Below, in pieces: positions 62,099 through 64,000 of a stretch of 64,000 bases of DNA. Within the stretch, counting starts at the first letter, position 1. Every line of letters starts with the position of its first letter. A program made the translations under genes and the position numbers. Below the pieces are notes generated by a model that worked only from the letters and a program-made list of their open reading frames with translations, was not told the DNA's origin and did not search any database. Source of the stretch: a virus. Lineage: Duplodnaviria; Heunggongvirae; Uroviricota; Caudoviricetes. The DNA lies in IMG/VR virus record IMGVR_UViG_3300035698_029829, positions 7,427 through 71,426 of that record. One strand, written 5' to 3'.

Positions 62099-62392
62099 TC
62101 AACCGCAGCCTTTGCTGCACAACCACAAAATCATATCATGCGCGCGTTTCCCGCCGCTCTCCTCATCTTGAAGATGACCGACGCCCTCACCGGCAATCCA
62201 CCGTTCTAGGATGGCCAGGGCCTTCTCATTGCCCTCCTCGCGCAAAACGCGCCTCGCCTCCTCGCAGTGTTGTTCTATGTAAAGCGCGCAGTCCTTTTTG
62301 AACCGCTTAAAGACATCGGTCTGCACAAGTTCCTCCGCCGCCATCGGCCCTTCCACGATCTCCATCTTGAACCTCAAATTATCCTTTCTCAT
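62099..62392 (-). CDS. Hypothetical protein
   Basis: ORF in operon spacing. Confidence 0.5.
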   Translation of the reverse strand: MRKDNLRFKMEIVEGPMAAEELVQTDVFKRFKKDCALYIEQHCEEARRVLREEGNEKALAILERWIAGEGVGHLQDEESGGKRAHDMILWLCSKGCG

Positions 62393-63294
62393 ATAGCAAT
62401 TCCCTTCGTCTTATAAAAATCCGCCGTAATCTCACAGCACAACTCATTCAAAGCGCAGAGGTCGGGCTTCTCGGGCAACGGCGACCGGCCCTGCTCGACG
62501 AACTCGTCCATCTTTCGCATCATCTCATCGGCATAGCCTTCCAGATCCTCAAAAGACCACGCCCCCTCGAACCGCAGTTTCCGCAATTCCTCAGCGTCGG
62601 CACGCCGCACATTCACGCTACCCTCGGTCACGATCTCCCATCCCATCCGCAGCAACCGCACCAGGTGAGCGGCGTGTTTGGTATCATAGCCAAAGCGCTC
62701 CTCTAGCTCCTGCCGAGTCGAGCTACGTCCGTCACGCCAAGCCACGAAGGAACGCCACTTATCGGCAGCCTGTTTATAGCTCTTGCTGTTCGGAAAGTCC
62801 TCGCGTACCGGCCGCTCCTCGGGCGGATTTTTCATGTAATCGCGCTTCAACCGCAACTTGTGGAGTTGCTGAGAGGCGTACCCGATGAACCGGCTCTTCG
62901 CCGCTATACTGAGGAAGTCCCGCCGCCGTTGCATGAGCATGTCGCTCCAATGCGTCGTCACACGCAAACAATCCTTCGGTATCCACAGTAGCTCAATGAT
63001 CGAGGGGTTAGAAACCGCCGCGAGCTTCATGAATTTCCGCAACTCATAAAGGACGAGGTCCCGTTCGTCGCTATGTTCGTCGTGCCCGCTGAACGACCAG
63101 AAAGGGCTGTAGAGCAATTCCTGCGGCGCAATCACGATCCCACGCAAGTCCTCGTCGCTGTCCGGGCCACTCGTTCCGAAAGCACGACTTCCCGCCACGC
63201 ATTGGAAGATCGTGTACCGATCCAGATCAAACGCCTGGGGAAATCCTTTTTGCTCCTCGCCATTCATAATTGTCTTCCGCTCGCTCCTCAACAT
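62389..63294 (-). CDS. DNA polymerase beta-superfamily nucleotidyltransferase (RlaP/YcgL-like)
   Basis: GSRAFG....DSDED.RG, YELRKF, NPSIIELL, GYD.KHAAHL.RLL..G. Confidence 0.85.
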   Translation of the reverse strand: MLRSERKTIMNGEEQKGFPQAFDLDRYTIFQCVAGSRAFGTSGPDSDEDLRGIVIAPQELLYSPFWSFSGHDEHSDERDLVLYELRKFMKLAAVSNPSIIELLWIPKDCLRVTTHWSDMLMQRRRDFLSIAAKSRFIGYASQQLHKLRLKRDYMKNPPEERPVREDFPNSKSYKQAADKWRSFVAWRDGRSSTRQELEERFGYDTKHAAHLVRLLRMGWEIVTEGSVNVRRADAEELRKLRFEGAWSFEDLEGYADEMMRKMDEFVEQGRSPLPEKPDLCALNELCCEITADFYKTKGIAI

Positions 63295-63584
63295 GTCGAC
63301 TTCTTCGTCTTCTTTCTCTTTTGCCTTTCGACCTCACGAAAATAAGCAATCGAAATCGCCCCGTACTCTGCCATTACACGTTCAAATGTCTCTTTATCGT
63401 AAACGGAAGCAGCCTGACGCAACTTCGATAGCCTTTCCCATTCCGGTTGTTCATAGAACACCCCGGCAATCGCCCGATACCAACGATTGAAATCCTCAGT
63501 AATGTCATGCTTTTCGTCACGTTCAAGAAAACCCTTTTGTCGCTCCAACACTCCTTTGATTTTCTTCGGAATCCCAGGCATCAT
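63288..63584 (-). CDS. Hypothetical protein
   Basis: ORF in operon spacing. Confidence 0.55.
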   Translation of the reverse strand: MMPGIPKKIKGVLERQKGFLERDEKHDITEDFNRWYRAIAGVFYEQPEWERLSKLRQAASVYDKETFERVMAEYGAISIAYFREVERQKRKKTKKSTC

Positions 63585-63616
63585 CTCCCCTTACTCTGAT
63601 GATTCAAAGTTTGACA

Positions 63617-64000
63617 TCACTCCCAACGCCATTCCTCCAGCCCTTTCAGCTGCTGATTGGCAAGCCACTCACGCCCCGCCTTCACACGGTGCACAAGTTT
63701 CTCATTCTCGCCGAAAGCCACCGCTACGATGTCAGAAGTCACACCAAGGAACTCTACGAAAGAGCCGCTGCCCACGGCGTCAAAGGGCGCGCCCTGCGCG
63801 TCGAAGAAGAAAGTCTTCATGGGATTGAAACCAGAGCTAACCATGATCTTAGCCAACTTGCTCATGCTCTCCTCATCCATCACCCGGCGGACGTTTTTTA
63901 CCTGTTCCACGGTCACGCCCCGACCGCTCTCCCATCTCTGCTCGCCGGTCAAGGACTGTTCCCACTCGAAGATGTCCTGCTCGTCCAGCTGCGCCCACTC
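63617..64000 (-). CDS. Hypothetical protein (5' end outside window)
   Basis: Frame open to the window edge. Confidence 0.55.
   Translation of the reverse strand, partial: EWAQLDEQDIFEWEQSLTGEQRWESGRGVTVEQVKNVRRVMDEESMSKLAKIMVSSGFNPMKTFFFDAQGAPFDAVGSGSFVEFLGVTSDIVAVAFGENEKLVHRVKAGREWLANQQLKGLEEWRWE

Noticed and set aside
1-64000. Genome-wide TAG reassignment
   Set aside because: Known-family genes are full length in code 11 and several end at TAG; only one candidate in-frame amber found.

Overview
Segment of a large, GC-rich, contractile-tailed (jumbo-type) phage genome. 1-8.9 kb (+ strand): tail sheath (runs off the window edge), a 1237-aa modular protein, tail tube and a gp26/gp51-like chaperone pair with a likely programmed frameshift. 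From 9 kb on almost everything is on the minus strand, driven by about 15 near-identical sigma70-type promoters: QueC-like, SbcCD, HNH, RtcB, NadD/NadE, DNA methyltransferases, Ro60/TROVE, CCA-adding enzyme, NUDIX and an RlaP-like nucleotidyltransferase. I read 47 cloverleaf tRNA genes by eye (all 20 amino acids plus a CUA amber suppressor) and a tmRNA. The striking part is the non-coding RNA content: (1) a family of five Y RNA-like genes sharing the exact module GCGCAGCACAG-N8-TACTTC, each with a different cargo (whole tRNAs with A34 anticodons, two differently permuted tRNA-Trp mimics, a non-tRNA domain), one directly behind the Ro60 gene, plus capped mini-copies of the module; (2) a stand-alone mimic of the 23S rRNA L11-binding GTPase centre with compensatory base changes and a large insertion, inside a boxA-punctuated ncRNA array; (3) free circularly permuted tRNA-elbow RNAs and other odd tRNA-like folds; (4) seven tRNAs with C33 instead of the near-universal U33. 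All folds and family calls were made by eye; none were computed or searched.
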